Shown: positions 1 through 13,385 of the stretch, piece after piece | How the letters are laid out: every line of letters starts with the position of its first letter | Numbering within the stretch: the first letter of the stretch is position 1 | Assembly: GCA_951406725.2 (NCBI GenBank) | Contig: OX597821.1 | Coordinates: 114,080,001 to 114,144,000, forward strand | Reading direction: 5' to 3' | Length of the DNA: 64,000 nt | Source: Octopus vulgaris | Taxonomy: Eukaryota | Notes under the pieces: generated by a model | Told to the model about the DNA's origin: nothing | The model's database searches: none | What the model saw: the letters and a program-made list of their open reading frames with translations, nothing else | Translations under genes and position numbers: made by a program

Positions 1-89
1 TAAAAACAAAAACACTAGTGATATCTAAGGAACATTAAAGTTCAATGTATTATCTAGTTTATATTTCTAAAAAAACACCGCATCTATTA

Positions 90-305
90 TTGGTTTCAAA
101 TTTTGGCACAAGGCCAGCAATTTTGGGGTAGAGCGTAAGTCGATTACATCGAGCCCAGTGCTCAACTGGTACTTATTTCATCGACTCCCAAAGGATGAAA
201 GACACAGTCGACCCCGGTGAAATTTGAACTCAGGACGTAGATATGGACGAAATGCCGCTAAGCATTTCACCTGGCGTGCAAACTATTCTGCCAGCTCGCC
301 GCCTT
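90..305 (-). mobile_element. tRNA-derived SINE, family A (Meta-domain-like core)
   Basis: Minus strand starts GGCGGCGAGCTGGCAGAA (A-box-like), has B-box-like GAGTTCAAAT and the core GTCGAC...TTTCATCCTTT...GTCGA...AAGTACCAG shared by many copies in the window. Confidence 0.85.
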
Positions 306-573
306 ATCCGCACGTGTTATTAGATATTGTTTTACAGACAAATGTCGTTTTTACTGCTTGCTAACCCTCACCTCTCATTTTTCAAGTAAGGGATTTGTCA
401 TTTAGTACCTACAAATGAGGTATGACACTAATCTTTTTAACAGGTGCTGTCCTTTCCTCTCTGAATAAACTATGAAAAAGAAAAGAAAAACTTTGAATCA
501 GAAGAGATTGAAGATGAACCTCAATTTACAAGTAGCTGCGTCTCTCCTGATGGAGTAAATTGTTATTGACCAT

Positions 574-805
574 AGGCGCAGGAGTGGCTGTGTGGTAAAT
601 AGCTTGCTTACCAACCACACGGTTCCGGGTTCAGTCCCATTGCCTGACACTTTGGGCAAGTGTCTTATACTATAGCCTCGTAGTTCAAATCCTGTGAATG
701 TCAACTTCACCTTTGCAGTTGATAAAATAAACTAGAAATCAAATATTGGGATCGATGGCATCGACAAAACCCTCCCCTTTTTACCTGCTGGCCTTTGTCT
801 CAATC
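574..805 (+). mobile_element. SINE family B head fused to degenerate family A 3' part
   Basis: GGCGCAGGAGTGGCTGTGTGGTAA...GGTTCAGTCCC...TTGGGCAAGTGTC head, then GTTCAAATCC...GATAAAATAA family A-like sequence. Confidence 0.7.
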
Positions 806-880
806 AGAAATTAAAAGTGAGTTCAAATTTCACTGAAATTAACGTTGCTTTCCATTTATAAAATAAAGTACCGGTCATAT

Positions 881-1272
881 AAGCGCAGCGTGGCGATGTG
901 ATAAAAAGCTTGCTTTCCAACCACATGATTCCGGGTTCAGTTCCACTGTGTGGCACCTTGGGCAAGTGTGTTCTACTATAACCTCGGGTCAGAGCTTTGT
1001 GAGTGGATTTGGTAGACGAAAACTGAAAGTAGCCCGTCATATATGCATGTGTGTGTGTGTGTGTGTGTGTTTGTGTGTCTGTGTTTGTTCCCCCACCTTC
1101 GCTTGACAACCGATATTGGTGTGTTTACGTCCCCGTAACTTAGCGGTTCGGCAAAAGAGACCGATAGAATAAGTACTAGGCTTACAAAATCCTGGGGGCG
1201 ATTTGTTCGACTAAAAGTGGTGCTCCAGCATGGCCGCAGTCAAATGACTGAAACAAGTAAAAGAACAAAAGA
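881..1272 (+). mobile_element. SINE family B, full length, internal (TG)n
   Basis: tRNA-like head, CCTTGGGCAAGTG CORE-like motif, internal microsatellite, tail ending GACTGAAACAAGTAAAAGA; matches copies at 14862, 46915, 50719, 56466. Confidence 0.85.
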
Positions 1273-1923
1273 ATATATATGTAACTTAATTAATGCTATT
1301 GAAAAATTAAGTCATTACAATAAATAAGTAATTCTAAACAAACCCACCGCAGTCTTAAATTCGGTGACGGGGAAAGTATTCCTGAAGTTACGTTGCAGGA
1401 AGAAGTCATTTTTGCCGACCGAAAATGTGTTTTCGTTTGAGCGACGAAGATACAACGGAACAAATAAGGCGAAAAACGAAATGAAACAAAATATGAAAGG
1501 AAGAGAAAAAGGAAACAATAATATTTTATACGAGATTTTTGTTATTGTTATTAAAATGATGGAAGAGATAAGAGTGTATAATTTAATAGTCGTGGAAGAA
1601 ATGGAAGAAGTAGTTTTACTTTCAATGCTTGTCAAACATTGGTGGCAGGTGTGTTACATAGTTTTTGTCCAGGTGGACATAGGAGGCGGAGGAGCTGTGG
1701 TATTTACTTATATGACTGTACTAGTCAGTTCGAATAGGCACGCACACACGCACGCACACGCACGAACGCACACACGCACACAAATCGCACACATTCGTAC
1801 ACACAAACACAGCCAGAGACAAATAATATTTGAAATTTTTCTAGGTGTGCACATACGTACAGTACATGGTCACACGGTCACAAATAAGCACGTATAAACA
1901 CATATTTACACATTAACATACAC

Positions 1924-1986
<63 letters not shown>

Positions 1987-2067
1987 TGCGTGCGTAGGTT
2001 TAGTTTCCATTTTTCCCCAAAGGAGAAGGAGCCGGTTTCAAGCTTAGAAGTATGCAACTATGCACAT

Positions 2068-2301
2068 ACCTATTTCTTTACTACCCACAAGGGGCTAAAC
2101 ACAGAGAGGACAAACAAGGACAGACAAACGGATTAAGTCGATTACATCGACACCAGTACGTAACTGGTACTTTATCTATCGACCTCGAAAGGATGAAAGG
2201 CAAAGTCGACCTCGGCGGAATTTGAACTCAGAACGTAACGGCAGACGAAATACGGCTACGCATTTCACCCGGCGTGCTAACGATTCTGCCAGCTCGTCGC
2301 C
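2068..2301 (-). mobile_element. SINE family A
   Basis: Near-identical to copies at 6980, 42502, 47689, 49077. Confidence 0.9.
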
Positions 2302-2336
2302 TATGCACATACCTATACTTATACTTACATGCATTC

Positions 2337-2416
<80 letters not shown>

Positions 2417-3029
2417 GCGCATTATATACAAGTTTATGCATATGTATGTGCACACACATCCATGGATTCAGGCATGCAATTCGTTGCCTATATGCTTTGT
2501 CTTTTATACATATACATGTCATTCCATGAGTTCATACCACGCGCCATTCTTCAGTGTAAGGGAACTTTGAGACACCGCAATGTTTCGCCCACATTGTGCG
2601 TCTACTCAGTCAAAGTTACTTCACCAGGGATTATTTGCTGGTGAATGCAAATAGATGGGTATGTCGTTGGTTGGATACGCTTTTTTGCGTAAATCTCATG
2701 TTATTAGTTGTTCGGCAGGCATCAGTAAACAGTATGTTTGCTGATTTGTATAAACAGTAAACAGTACTATTGTTAGATTGAGAAGATACGCAAGACGGTC
2801 GAAACACTGTGGCATCTCGAAGTCCTTTTACGTAGATGAATCGCATGTGTTATGGACACACATCGTCTAAAGGGAGATATTCTCCGACGACGAAACGCAA
2901 CAGCGTTGCAGCCTGCCAAAACGTATAGAGAATGAACAATATCTTATTGTATGTTTTCTCGGTGTTACACGTGCACTTCATGAAAAAGTGCTTCACATTT
3001 TTAGTGTTTCATCATTTTATTATTATTAA

Positions 3030-3075
<46 letters not shown>

Positions 3076-3078
<3 letters not shown>

Positions 3079-3308
3079 TAGTTTTATTTTTATAGCGTGC
3101 TTTCACTTCACTACCGAGCGCAGCTCTGTGTGCCTTGGGTATGTGCTGTGATTTGTTGTGATGCTCTGATGGTTATTGTATGGAAAGTGTTCTGCGTAGG
3201 ATGTGTGCAGTGCCTAGTAGTGCAATTTTCTGTATGTTATATGTGTTTGTAAGTTCTGGTGTTTTTGTTATGTATTTGTCTGAATATTTTTTTATCATGC
3301 CTAATGCA
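3076..3308 (-). mobile_element. R4/Dong-like non-LTR retrotransposon 3' end (subfamily 1) in (TAA)n
   Basis: Minus strand encodes ALGMIKKYSDKYITKTPELTNTYNIQKIALLGTAHILRRTLSIQ*; same 3' end at 60946-61335; flanked by (ATT)n. Confidence 0.8.
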
Positions 3309-3322
3309 TATTATTATTATTA

Positions 3323-4558
3323 TACGTTTGGTTTTTGCTTTGTATTTCTACAAGTTGACTCCAAGTCTCACCCAGAGACCTCAAGAGACAAGTTAGAAGT
3401 TAAAGTTGGTGTTATGACTAGGGTGCCATATTTTTGGTTTTGCAGAAAATATTGTTCTAGAGAATGTCTGCGAAAACATAAGAAAATTAGAAGTTTGCTT
3501 TAAAAGTAATTTGATTATAAGAGGCTGGTGTGATCCTAAGATGACAGTAAAAGGTATTTGCTATTATGTACATTCTAAAGTATTTTCATATTGTTTACAG
3601 ATATTGTTTTGGGGATTGCATCGACAATATCTTTCTTATGATATGAGTAATTCCCATCAGCGCTATTTTTTTAATTTCTTCCATTTTGGGTTTTCCTGAT
3701 ATCTGAGATAGGTAGCAATCAGCACCTTTTACTATAATTCCTTGGGCACCTATGGCAACAGACATTGTTTTAGTCTTCAGGTTCCACATTTTGCCAATGT
3801 CTATTTCAAGATCTTTATACTTGCTTAGTTTTTGGTAGGTCTTGAAAGATACATTTATGTCGATTGGAACAGTCATATCAATGAGGAGGCATGATTTTTG
3901 TCTGAAATCTTTCAATATAATGTCTGGCCTATTCGCATCTATCTTTCTGTTAGTTTGAATGGTAAACTTCCAAAGGTAAACTTCAAGCATTGGCGGTGGT
4001 TTGTGTTGTCACCAGTTTTTATCATGGGGCGGGCCCAAGTCTTTGCAAATGACCCGGTGAATATACTGTGCTGCTCTATCGTGTCTGTCGAGAAACTCTC
4101 TAGGCGCAAGAAGACTATACATGGAGACAACATGATCGATGGTTTTATTTTGTTGTTTACATACACATGCTGGGCTGCTGCCGTTCTTTAAGATGCTGGC
4201 CTGGTAGCTCCTTCTAGGTAGGCATTGGTCTTGGGCCGCTATGATAAATCCTTTTTTTCTTCTGATTTTAAGCCAGAAGACACTAAACATTGATGTCAAC
4301 ATCGGCATCATTAGCTCCCTTTGGTTATTTGCCATTGAGTGGTTTTTCTTGCCATTTATCAGTAAGAATATCTAAAACAGCGGTTTTAGCAAAGGTTTTC
4401 ATACCCTTAGCTTTTTCTATGCTTGTTTCCAGTACGCTTAATTCTGGGATTTGTTGTATTTGGAATTCACTTCCATATTTCTTTACTTGTTTTATTACCG
4501 AGAATGACATTTTCTTGTTTTCATGTTTTAAGACGAATTGTAACATCTTGTCCTCAGT
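3323..4558 (-). pseudogene. R4/Dong-like LINE fragment (subfamily 2): CCHC zinc knuckle and REL endonuclease, disrupted
   Basis: ORFs 4009-4335 (GFIIAAQDQ..., C..CKQQNKTIDHVVSM..LAPREFLDRHD) and 3595-3990 (NRPDIILKD..CLLIDMTVPIDIN..KLSKYKDL..WNLKT..VAIGA) are typical REL-clade C-terminal motifs. Confidence 0.85.
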
Positions 4559-4569
4559 TATTATCATCA

Positions 4570-4627
<58 letters not shown>

Positions 4628-4629
<2 letters not shown>

Positions 4630-4918
4630 TGTTTGACTTTTGCTTTATATTTGTACAAGTTGGCTCCAAGTCTCACCCAGAGACCTCAAGAGACAACAGG
4701 GTTGGAAGTTCATGTTGTTGTTATGCCTAGTGTGCCATATATTTGGGGGGGGGTTGTTGTACTAATGAATGTCTAAAAAAAATTTTTTTTTTTAAACCGA
4801 AAATTATGTTTGTTTTAAACCTTGAGATTACATAGAAAGTATTTTGCGTAGGATATGAGCAGTTTCCATGAGCACTATCTTTTGAATTTCTGCCATTTTT
4901 GGGTTTCCTGGTATCTGA

Positions 4919-4920
<2 letters not shown>
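4628..4920 (-). mobile_element. R4/Dong-like 3' end (subfamily 2) in (TAA)n
   Basis: TQIPGNPKMAEIQKIVLMETAHILRKILSM* plus the 3' UTR shared with 3323 and 5453 copies. Confidence 0.85.
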
Positions 4921-4989
<69 letters not shown>

Positions 4990-5005
4990 TATTATTATTA
5001 TTATT

Positions 5006-5387
5006 GACATTGCACAGTATACAATATCGTGAGGTTGTTAATTGAAGATATTGTGTCTACCGGGAATTTGTACTGTCTGTCAAGTCACAGCAAGGACCTC
5101 AGACAGACAGTACTTTACGCAATATGCGTGCAGTTCCAAGTAATACCGACTTTTGCAATACATCTAAATTGTAGGGATTCTCTGTGGTTTTCAGATGGTT
5201 TTTTTTTTCAGATTGAGTGTTATTGAACCTAATGTTCCGATGACAATAGGGATAGCCTTTATGCCCGACTCTCGTAGCTGCCACATCTTAGCGATCTCAA
5301 TTCTCAGGTCTCCCTATGTATCAACCTTTTCTCTTTCTTTCATGATGATATGTCGATCTTCTGGCACTGCTACGTCTATTATTAGGA

Positions 5388-5388
<1 letters not shown>
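5006..5388 (-). mobile_element. R4/Dong-like 3' end (subfamily 3) in (TAA)n
   Basis: Minus strand IIDVAVPEDR..KEREKVDT..DLRIEIAKMWQL..IPIVIGTLG and LQKSVLLGTARILRKVLSV*. Confidence 0.8.
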
Positions 5389-5452
<64 letters not shown>

Positions 5453-5454
<2 letters not shown>

Positions 5455-5747
5455 TATGTTTGACTTTTGCTTTATATTTGTACAAGTTGGCTCTAAGTCT
5501 CACCCAGAGACCTCAAGAGACAACAGGTTGGAAGTTCTGTGCCATATATTGGGGGGGGGGGTGTTGTACTAGTGAATGTCTAATACATAAAAATAAAAAA
5601 ATAAAAAAAAGTTTGTTTTAAACCTTGGGATTACATAGAGAGTATTTTGCGTAGGATATGAGCAGTTCCCATGAGCACTATCTTTTGAATTTCTGCCATT
5701 TTGGGGTTTCCTGGTATCTGAGTTAGGTAGCAATCAGTCCCTTTCGC
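5453..5747 (-). mobile_element. R4/Dong-like 3' end (subfamily 2) in (TAA)n
   Basis: KGTDCYLTQIPGNPKMAEIQKIVLMGTAHILRKILSM* plus shared 3' UTR. Confidence 0.85.
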
Positions 5748-5793
<46 letters not shown>

Positions 5794-6852
5794 TGGTCTT
5801 ACCTAACAATGGTAGAGTATGTGCCAGACTCGACTTCACTTTACCTCTTGTATATTTTTTCCCAATAGCCACATCTCTGCATAATGTTAGTTCTATAATT
5901 CCCAATTAACGTTAACGCTTTTCATTTTACAAATACCGACAATATTTACTGAGAATGGTAAAAACAATCACTCTTGAATATTCCATTTTGTCTTCAATAT
6001 TATCACCAATTATTAAGTTGTACTGCAACATTGTACAATGGTTATCAGTGAACAATGGTTATTTTAATATGTATGTTGCCACTTGCAGCTGTGCACATTA
6101 TGTAATCATCTCGAAGCTTATTAGTATTTTAAATTCTTTTTATATTATTCTATTTTATATTGTAATGTAAATATCTTCAACGATCCACCCTGATCGGTTG
6201 AGTTTCTTTTCTAAAGAATAATTACGTACATGATACTAGACAGTAATCAAAGTCTCGTCACTGTTTTCATTTAATTTTCATGATTTTTTTTTTTTTTTAC
6301 TGGAATTATATTAGAGATATTAAAGCCTGTGAATTTGTCGCTGTGATAGACTACTGGACAAAATATTTTACACTTTTAATGGTTCAATGGAAGCTAGCAT
6401 TTCAGTGAGCAAAATATATTGTTCATTAAAATTCACTAGTTTTCAAGAAATATTGGCTTTAATGATTAATTCTTGTCAAGCAATGCAATGGAGAGAACTC
6501 CGATATCTAACTTGATTAAATACTCAGGAAGGGAATACAGTATCTTGAAAACTGGTGTCATATTTCGATCATGTGAGATCTTCTCAATGAACGATAGATT
6601 CTTTCTGATTGATAACAAATATTTTGAATGAAACATTTACGAATTTGGTAACGTAAAATAATCATGAGAGAAATTTCTTCTGCATGAAGAACAAATAGCT
6701 AAGTTGGGAACCACATTCAATGTAGTGAGCAAGCAACTTTTAATGAACTAGAATAACATCTGTAATGAAGAGGAAATAATTTCTCCATGTTCGATCTTGT
6801 ATTTCATTCAGCTGGTATCAATATATAAAATATTGCCAATATATTAGATTAG

Positions 6853-7298
6853 GGCAGCCAGCTGGCAGATTGGTTAGCACGCCGGGCGAAACGCTTAGCG
6901 ATATTTCGCCCGTCTTTACGGAGTTCAAATTCCGCCGTTGTCGACTTTACTTTTCATTCTTTCAATAAAATAAAATAAGTACCTATTTCTTTACTACCCA
7001 CAAGGGGCTAAACACAAAGACGATAAACAAGGACAGACAAACGGATTAAGTCGATTACATCGACCCCGGGGCGTAACTGGTACATATTTATCGACCCCCG
7101 AAAGGATGAAAGGCAAAGTCGACCTCGGCGGAATTTGAACTCAGAACATAACGGCAGACGAAATACGGCTACACGTTTCGCCCGGCGTGCTAACGTTTCT
7201 GCCAGCTCGCCGCCTTAAGATAAAATAAATACCAGTCGATGTAATCGACTTATTTCATCCCACGAAACTGCTGGCATTGTGAAAAAATTTGAAACCAA
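6853..7298 (+). mobile_element. SINE family A (+) interrupted by an inverted family A copy
   Basis: Head 6853-6980, tail 7219-7298; flanked by imperfect direct repeat CCAATATATTAG[A/G]TTA. Confidence 0.8.
6980..7215 (-). mobile_element. SINE family A nested in another copy
   Basis: Complete minus-strand copy inside the ATAAAATAA stretch of the host SINE. Confidence 0.85.
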
Positions 7299-7752
7299 TA
7301 TATTAGGTTAAGTTATATCGTTTACGCCTATTTTCGTATTAACTTACGCATAGACAAGAAAGATCAGCAGTATCACTGAAGGATGGTGAGATGACAGACT
7401 AAAACATTGCTTCTATAAATAAAATAAGAAGCATTCGACTTGGTTAAGATATTTTAAGTAATGTGGGTTTAGGATAAACACTATTGTAGTTCAAATGTCT
7501 AAGTATGACCTTTCCTTTTTGAAATATGGATGAACTAATATTTAATTAAGTATATTTGCACACTGCAAAAAGAAGGTTGTAGGAATGCTTATCTTTTCAT
7601 CTAGGATTCAACGATGTTATAAGTGCATATTGAAAGCTCTTCCACGCCTACTGTAATAGGAAAAGATTTTTATGATATGTTCAAGTGGTACCTTATACTT
7701 AAACAAAGGTTTCTGGCGAACACGCACGCACTCTTACGAATGCATGCACACG

Positions 7753-7831
<79 letters not shown>

Positions 7832-8325
7832 GATGGAATCTATATTTTAAACAGTTACTCTTTTAAAAGTATTTTCGGAATATTTTTATGATGTGCATAA
7901 GGAAACAATTACGCGTAATATTCGGCTTTTATGTTCTGTCCTTAGGAACATTCACGACGGATTTCCATGCATTTAAAAATGATTCATGATTAATTCAAGC
8001 CGCACATGATGACATCAATACACTAATGTTAGAGATAATATTTATCTGCACTTAAAAGTGAATGTTGTGTAAGAACACAAAATACTGCGATATTTACCAC
8101 GAGAGAACCTCTCAAATGGACTTGTTGGGGCACATAAGCACCTGCGTTTATATCGCTAGCAGGAAATAACCGTCTACTATCGACGCCGATTTTGGTCGGA
8201 AGCTGTGTGTTGAATCTAACATTGCTGTCTTAATCGATAAAAATTATAAACACATTCAACAATTGTTAAGGAAAATTGGTTTCAAATTTCCTTACGGATA
8301 ATTGTTATATGAATGCATAGATACG

Positions 8326-8628
8326 AAGGCACGTGACCTAGTGGCTAGGCGTATTCTACTCACGGTTGTGAGATCGCGGTTTCGATTCCCAAACCGACTT
8401 CACGCTGTGATCAAGAAAAAAAAAGGTTTCATTTAACGTTGCTCCACTCCACGCAACTGTAAATGGGTAAGCCTGCGCCGGACTAGCCTTCCAATCACGG
8501 GGGATGTGGGCCTGCTTGCCCACTCAATGGGTTGGCAACATTCGGAAGCTAAAACGATAAAAGGCGCATTGTGGACAACGATGTATAGCAACATCCAATA
8601 GTCTGGTCGATAACAGGATCATGTGATA
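8326..8628 (+). mobile_element. SINE family C (tRNA-like head, CORE/V-like body), diverged
   Basis: GAAGGCACGTGACCTAGTGGCTAG...GGTTTCGATTCCC head; tail resembles 53870 copy. Confidence 0.7.
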
Positions 8629-8719
8629 TATATGTGTGTGTGTGCGTGCGTGTGTGTGTGTGTCTGTGTTTGTGTGTATGTATTATATATATATATATTT
8701 ATACATATATACATATGTA

Positions 8720-9467
8720 TATACATACATACATGCATGCATGCATACATACATACATACATACATACATACATGCATGAATACATACATACATGCATAC
8801 ATACATACATACATACATACATGCATGCATACATACATACATACACACATACACACATACATACATACATACATACATACATACACACATACATACACAC
8901 ATACATACATACATACATACATACATACATACATACATACATACATACATACATACATACATACATACATACATACATACATACATACATGCATGCATAC
9001 ATACATACATACATACATACATACATACATACATACATACACACATACATACATACATACATACATACATACATACATACATACATACATACATACATAC
9101 ATACATACATACATACATACATACATACATACATACATACATACATGCATACACACACATACATACATACATACATACATACATACATACATACATACAT
9201 ACAGCATGCACATACATACATACATACATACATACATACATACATACATACATACATACATACATACATACATACATACATACATACACACATGCATACA
9301 TACATACATACATACATACATACATACATACATACACATACATACATACATACATACATACATACATACATACATACATACATACATACATACATACATA
9401 CATACATACATACATACATACATACATACATACATACATACATACATACATACATACATACATACAC
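8720..9467. repeat. Long imperfect (CATA)n microsatellite, about 750 bp
   Basis: Directly visible; source of the 250-317 aa HTYI/MYVC ORFs. Confidence 0.98.
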
Positions 9468-9925
9468 ATTCATATGTATATCGTTTTATCCTCTTTCCTC
9501 TGTCGTCCATTCATGATTCACTTCATTTCTTCTTCATTCAGCAATCTTTTTTAAGGATTCTCTTCTCATATTCTCGAATTTTCCAATGAATGGTCCTGCC
9601 AGAAACGTTAGATATTTCCTGCGTACTTGTTTGTCTGTGTATGTGCGTGCGTGTATACAAACATACACACATATATGTATTCCTGTATATATGTATACGT
9701 GTGTGTGTGTACTATGTGTACTTGATAGTATTTTATAACTACCAACAACCTTTGCAGCCGTAGCACATTTGCGATTTCATATTCAACTCCATTAGCCTAG
9801 TGAGAGATCTTCATCAATGTCTTTCTCGCAGCTTCTCCGGAATATTTCCATAACCAAGCATTGCTGCGTAAATTGTCAAAATATTTTTCCTCTTCACCAA
9901 TCGGGAATCATCGCTATATCATAAT

Positions 9926-10047
9926 GTAATCTTCAGGGATACAGGCATCCAGCAACAGGACGTCCGTAATGCTATGATGGACCGTGAAGTCTGGCGTAGC
10001 ATAGTAAATTCCATTGTCTCGACCACGGTCGAACAATGATGATGATG
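9926..10047 (+). mobile_element. 5'-truncated RTE-clade LINE 3' end with TSD
   Basis: Encodes VIFRDTGIQQQDVRNAMMDREVWRSIVNSIVSTTVEQ* (RTE-type DR..WR end), (TGA)n tail, direct repeat ATATCATAAT at 9916-9925 and 10048-10057. Confidence 0.8.
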
Positions 10048-10274
10048 ATATCATAATTCGTGAATTCTTCGAAATATTTCGAAATATATTCACGGATGTT
10101 TACGTAATCCGGTCAGATATACTTAAGAGGATCAAACACACTGTTCTTGGTCCTAACACCTGAAAAACAATGGTTTAAGCGAGATCAACCTTAATTGATT
10201 GACAACAAAAACTAAACGCAGATTCTGTTCTTCAAACATAACGTGCGATTAACAAAGTAGAAAGCGAATACAGT

Positions 10275-10825
10275 AAGCATGGCTGTACGGTTAAGAAGCT
10301 TGCTTTGCAATCATGTGGACTCAGGTTCATTCCTTCTGCACGGCACCTTGAACGAGTGTCTAATATAGCCCCGAACCGACCGTTGCCTTAAGAAGGTATC
10401 TGGTAGCTAAAACGATAAAAAGCGCATCGTGGCCATCGATGTATAACAACATCTAATAGTCTGGTCGATAACATGATCATGTGATATACATGTGTGTGTA
10501 TGTGTGTGTGTGCGTGTGTGTGTATGTCTGTGTTTGTGTGTGTGTATTTATAGGTCTGTGTATTTATATGTCTGTATTCATATAGACAGAATTTACATGG
10601 AACCCTGTCGTACATACGTATGTGTGTGTGTGATTACTGTTTTATAATCGGTGTTCGTTTGTTTACGTCTTCGTAACTTAGTAGTTCGGTGAGAAAGACC
10701 GATAGAATAAGTGCCAGACTTCAAAGAAGATAGTTACCGGAGTCGACCTGTCTGACTACATACTTCGAGGCACCGCCCCAATATGGCCGCAGTCTCACGA
10801 CTGAAACAAGTAAGGTATAAAAGTA
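10275..10825 (+). mobile_element. Diverged SINE family B with embedded family C tail
   Basis: B head 10275-10390, C-type tail AGCTAAAACGATAAAAAGCGCATC 10405-10485, B tail ending GACTGAAACAAGTAA. Confidence 0.6.
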
Positions 10826-10901
10826 AGGTATTAAATGCCGTCGGTAGCTTAATCCAAGAAGTCGAATGGGTGAGCCACCTACCGATTCAGGATTATAATA
10901 A

Positions 10902-11276
10902 GCCTTTCTACTATAGATACAAGGCCTGGATTTTGTGGGGTGGGGAACAGTTGATCACATGGACTCCAATACTCAACTGGTACTTAATTTACCAACCCCA
11001 AAAGGATGAAAGGCAAAGTTGACCTCGGCGGAACTTGAACTCAGAACGTAACGACGAGTGAAATACCTATTTCTTTACTACCCACAAGGGGCTAAACACA
11101 GAGAGGACAAACGGATTAAGTCGATTATATCGACCCCAGTGCGTAAGTGGTACTTATTTAATCGACCCCGAAAGGATGAAAGGCAAAGTCGACCTCGGCG
11201 GAACTTGAACTTAGAACGTAGCGGCAGACGAAATACCGCTAAGCATTTCGCCCGGCGTGCTAATGATTCTGCTAGC
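10902..11276 (-). mobile_element. Tandem dimer of SINE family A
   Basis: Two cores joined at GAAATACCTATTTC near 11060. Confidence 0.85.
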
Positions 11277-12067
11277 TAAGGATTATCATAAGGAACGATA
11301 AAACAGATTACTTCTGCATTGAACATGCTACAGGGAATCACTAAATCTGGCTTTGAATGGGTTAAAATAGCGTGGGGAAAATGGAGGTTGCTATCTTATG
11401 TTGTTTACTTATGTTAGTCATTGGACTGCAACCATGCTGAGGCTCCACCTTGAAGGATTTAGTTGGTCAAATCGTTGTCGGTATTTAGTATTAAATTTCG
11501 CACTTATTCTATCGGTCTTTTTTGTTGAACATCAAATTACGGGGACGCAAACACACCAGAAGTAGTCTTAAGATGTTATAACATCTTAAATATAACGGGT
11601 GAAACCTTCTCTTCCAGCATATTTTACACTCTGACATTTCAAAGAGGAACCACCACCCACTCCGCTAACCGCACCAGAATAGTTTCTTACCTTGAACGTG
11701 AACATTGAAAATATACAACATACAAACTCCATACATAGAACATACATTCCCCACCTGATGAACTCCCTCAGCACACAAACATACGAACATCACATATGCC
11801 CAGAATATAATATAATATAATGCAAACAAATTCACCATCTAACACGATTTTTTCTCCGAAAAGTAAAACCGTAGGGAGATGTCATACGAAAGTAGCGCCC
11901 CTTCATGTCTTGTTTTCTTTACGGGACTTTCTTGTGTGTGTGTGTGAAATAACGAAGATGGCTAGACGCAATATAAAACCAAAAAGGAAAATTCAGTTAT
12001 CACTAATAATGACTGATGGTGCAGAGTAACACCTACATTGCTAGAAACAAGAGTCAAAGCTACACAA

Positions 12068-12397
12068 AGCACATTGTCTATATACTGATAGGAGAGATAA
12101 TCGCCCCACAGCGAGCGCGATCGCTATAATAGTAAGCTTGTTTCGCTTTGAATTAAAGCTCATTAGTAGTGATTACTCCACCACTTACGGTTAAACTAAA
12201 TCCAGCCAAACAATATACAGTATTTACCATATGAATCAATGAATGACTCAGCAAAATGTTAATGTGAAAATTATTAAATAACAAAGGTTGCTATACGCAA
12301 TATAAGCTTTAATTCCAAGCAAAACTACCTTGCTAGTATGGTGACCTCGCTCGCTGCGGAGTGGTTATCTCCCCTACTAGAACATAAACAATATGCT
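12068..12397. mobile_element. MITE-like element with about 100 bp imperfect terminal inverted repeats
   Basis: AGCACATTGTCTAT...TAGGAGAGATAATCGCCCCACAGCGAGCG...GAATTAAAGCT mirrors AGCTTTAATTC...CGCTCGCTGCGGAGTGGTTATCTCCCCTA...ATAAACAATATGCT. Confidence 0.7.
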
Positions 12398-13080
12398 GGG
12401 GAAGGGGGGCATAAGCGTCTTTGAATCTTGTTTCTAACAACGTAGGTGCTTCCCTGCTGCCTCAGCCACTATTAGTGAAAATTGAACTTTTCTTTTTTGG
12501 GTTTCGTATTGCATCTAGCCACCTACGTTATTTCGATGGTGTTTCATGCAGTTTACGTCAACCAAATTCATTCACAAAGCATTGGTCGGTCTGGAACTAC
12601 GGTAGAAGGCACTCACTTACCCATGATACTGCGCAGTGGGACTCAAAGCCACGTGGTTGCAAAGCGAGTGTCAAACCACACACTCATGCATGTCAACGAC
12701 ATCTGTAAATGAACGAGGCAATATATTTTGTCTGATCATTTTCTTTCTGTCCAAATTTTTTCCCTTCTTCTGTATCAGGTTATATATGCTGTCTATCAGG
12801 TTAGCCTGCCATTGACGAACATATAAAATACGTGACGTACAAACGATTGGCATTTGAAATTATATTAATATCTGTAGGTGTATAAGTCTTTTTTTTTTCT
12901 TTTTTTTCCATCAACTGTCATTTTAAATATTTATAGTTTATTACATATGCAGACAGATGCCTTATTTAGACGACACATATACGCATACTCATATCCACAC
13001 GTACGCCCACACATGCGTAAATATATCTACATATTCATACACATAGACACAACAAATACAGCGTCGTGAAAAATGCTAAA

Positions 13081-13300
13081 TATTGGTTTTAAATTTTGAC
13101 ACAAGGCCAGTAATTTCAAGGGAATGGGTGGTAAGTAAATTATTTCGACCCCGGCGCTCAATTGACGCTTTTTTTTTACCGACTCCGAAAGGCTGGAAGG
13201 CAAAGTCGACCCCGGCAGAATTTGAACTAACGATGTAAAGACGGACGAAATGCTGCTAAGCATTTTGTCCGGCATGCTCATGATTCTGCCAGTTGGCCGC
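13081..13300 (-). mobile_element. SINE family A, diverged
   Basis: Similar to copy at 90-305. Confidence 0.8.
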
Positions 13301-13385
13301 TTTTGAAAAAGTGTTAAGTATTGGTATTCCATCGGGAGAGTTACAAACTGACGTCTGGAGCAAGGTTTGCCGTTGGGCAATAATA

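Noticed and set aside
1315-1897. ORFs 1364-1897 (+) and 1315-1635 (-)
   Set aside because: Low-complexity purine-rich and CA-repeat sequence; no recognisable domain or splice structure
2775-2820. GTCGAAACACTGT resembling a hammerhead 3' half
   Set aside because: No recognisable 5' core or helix I
8619-9589. Six long ORFs of 250-317 aa
   Set aside because: Stop-free translation of (CATA)n; the same applies to all YI, HT, CV and SIYL-rich ORFs
11690-11815. TLNVNIE peptide plus CTGATGA, possible old Penelope end
   Set aside because: No GAAA or helix III downstream; too degenerate
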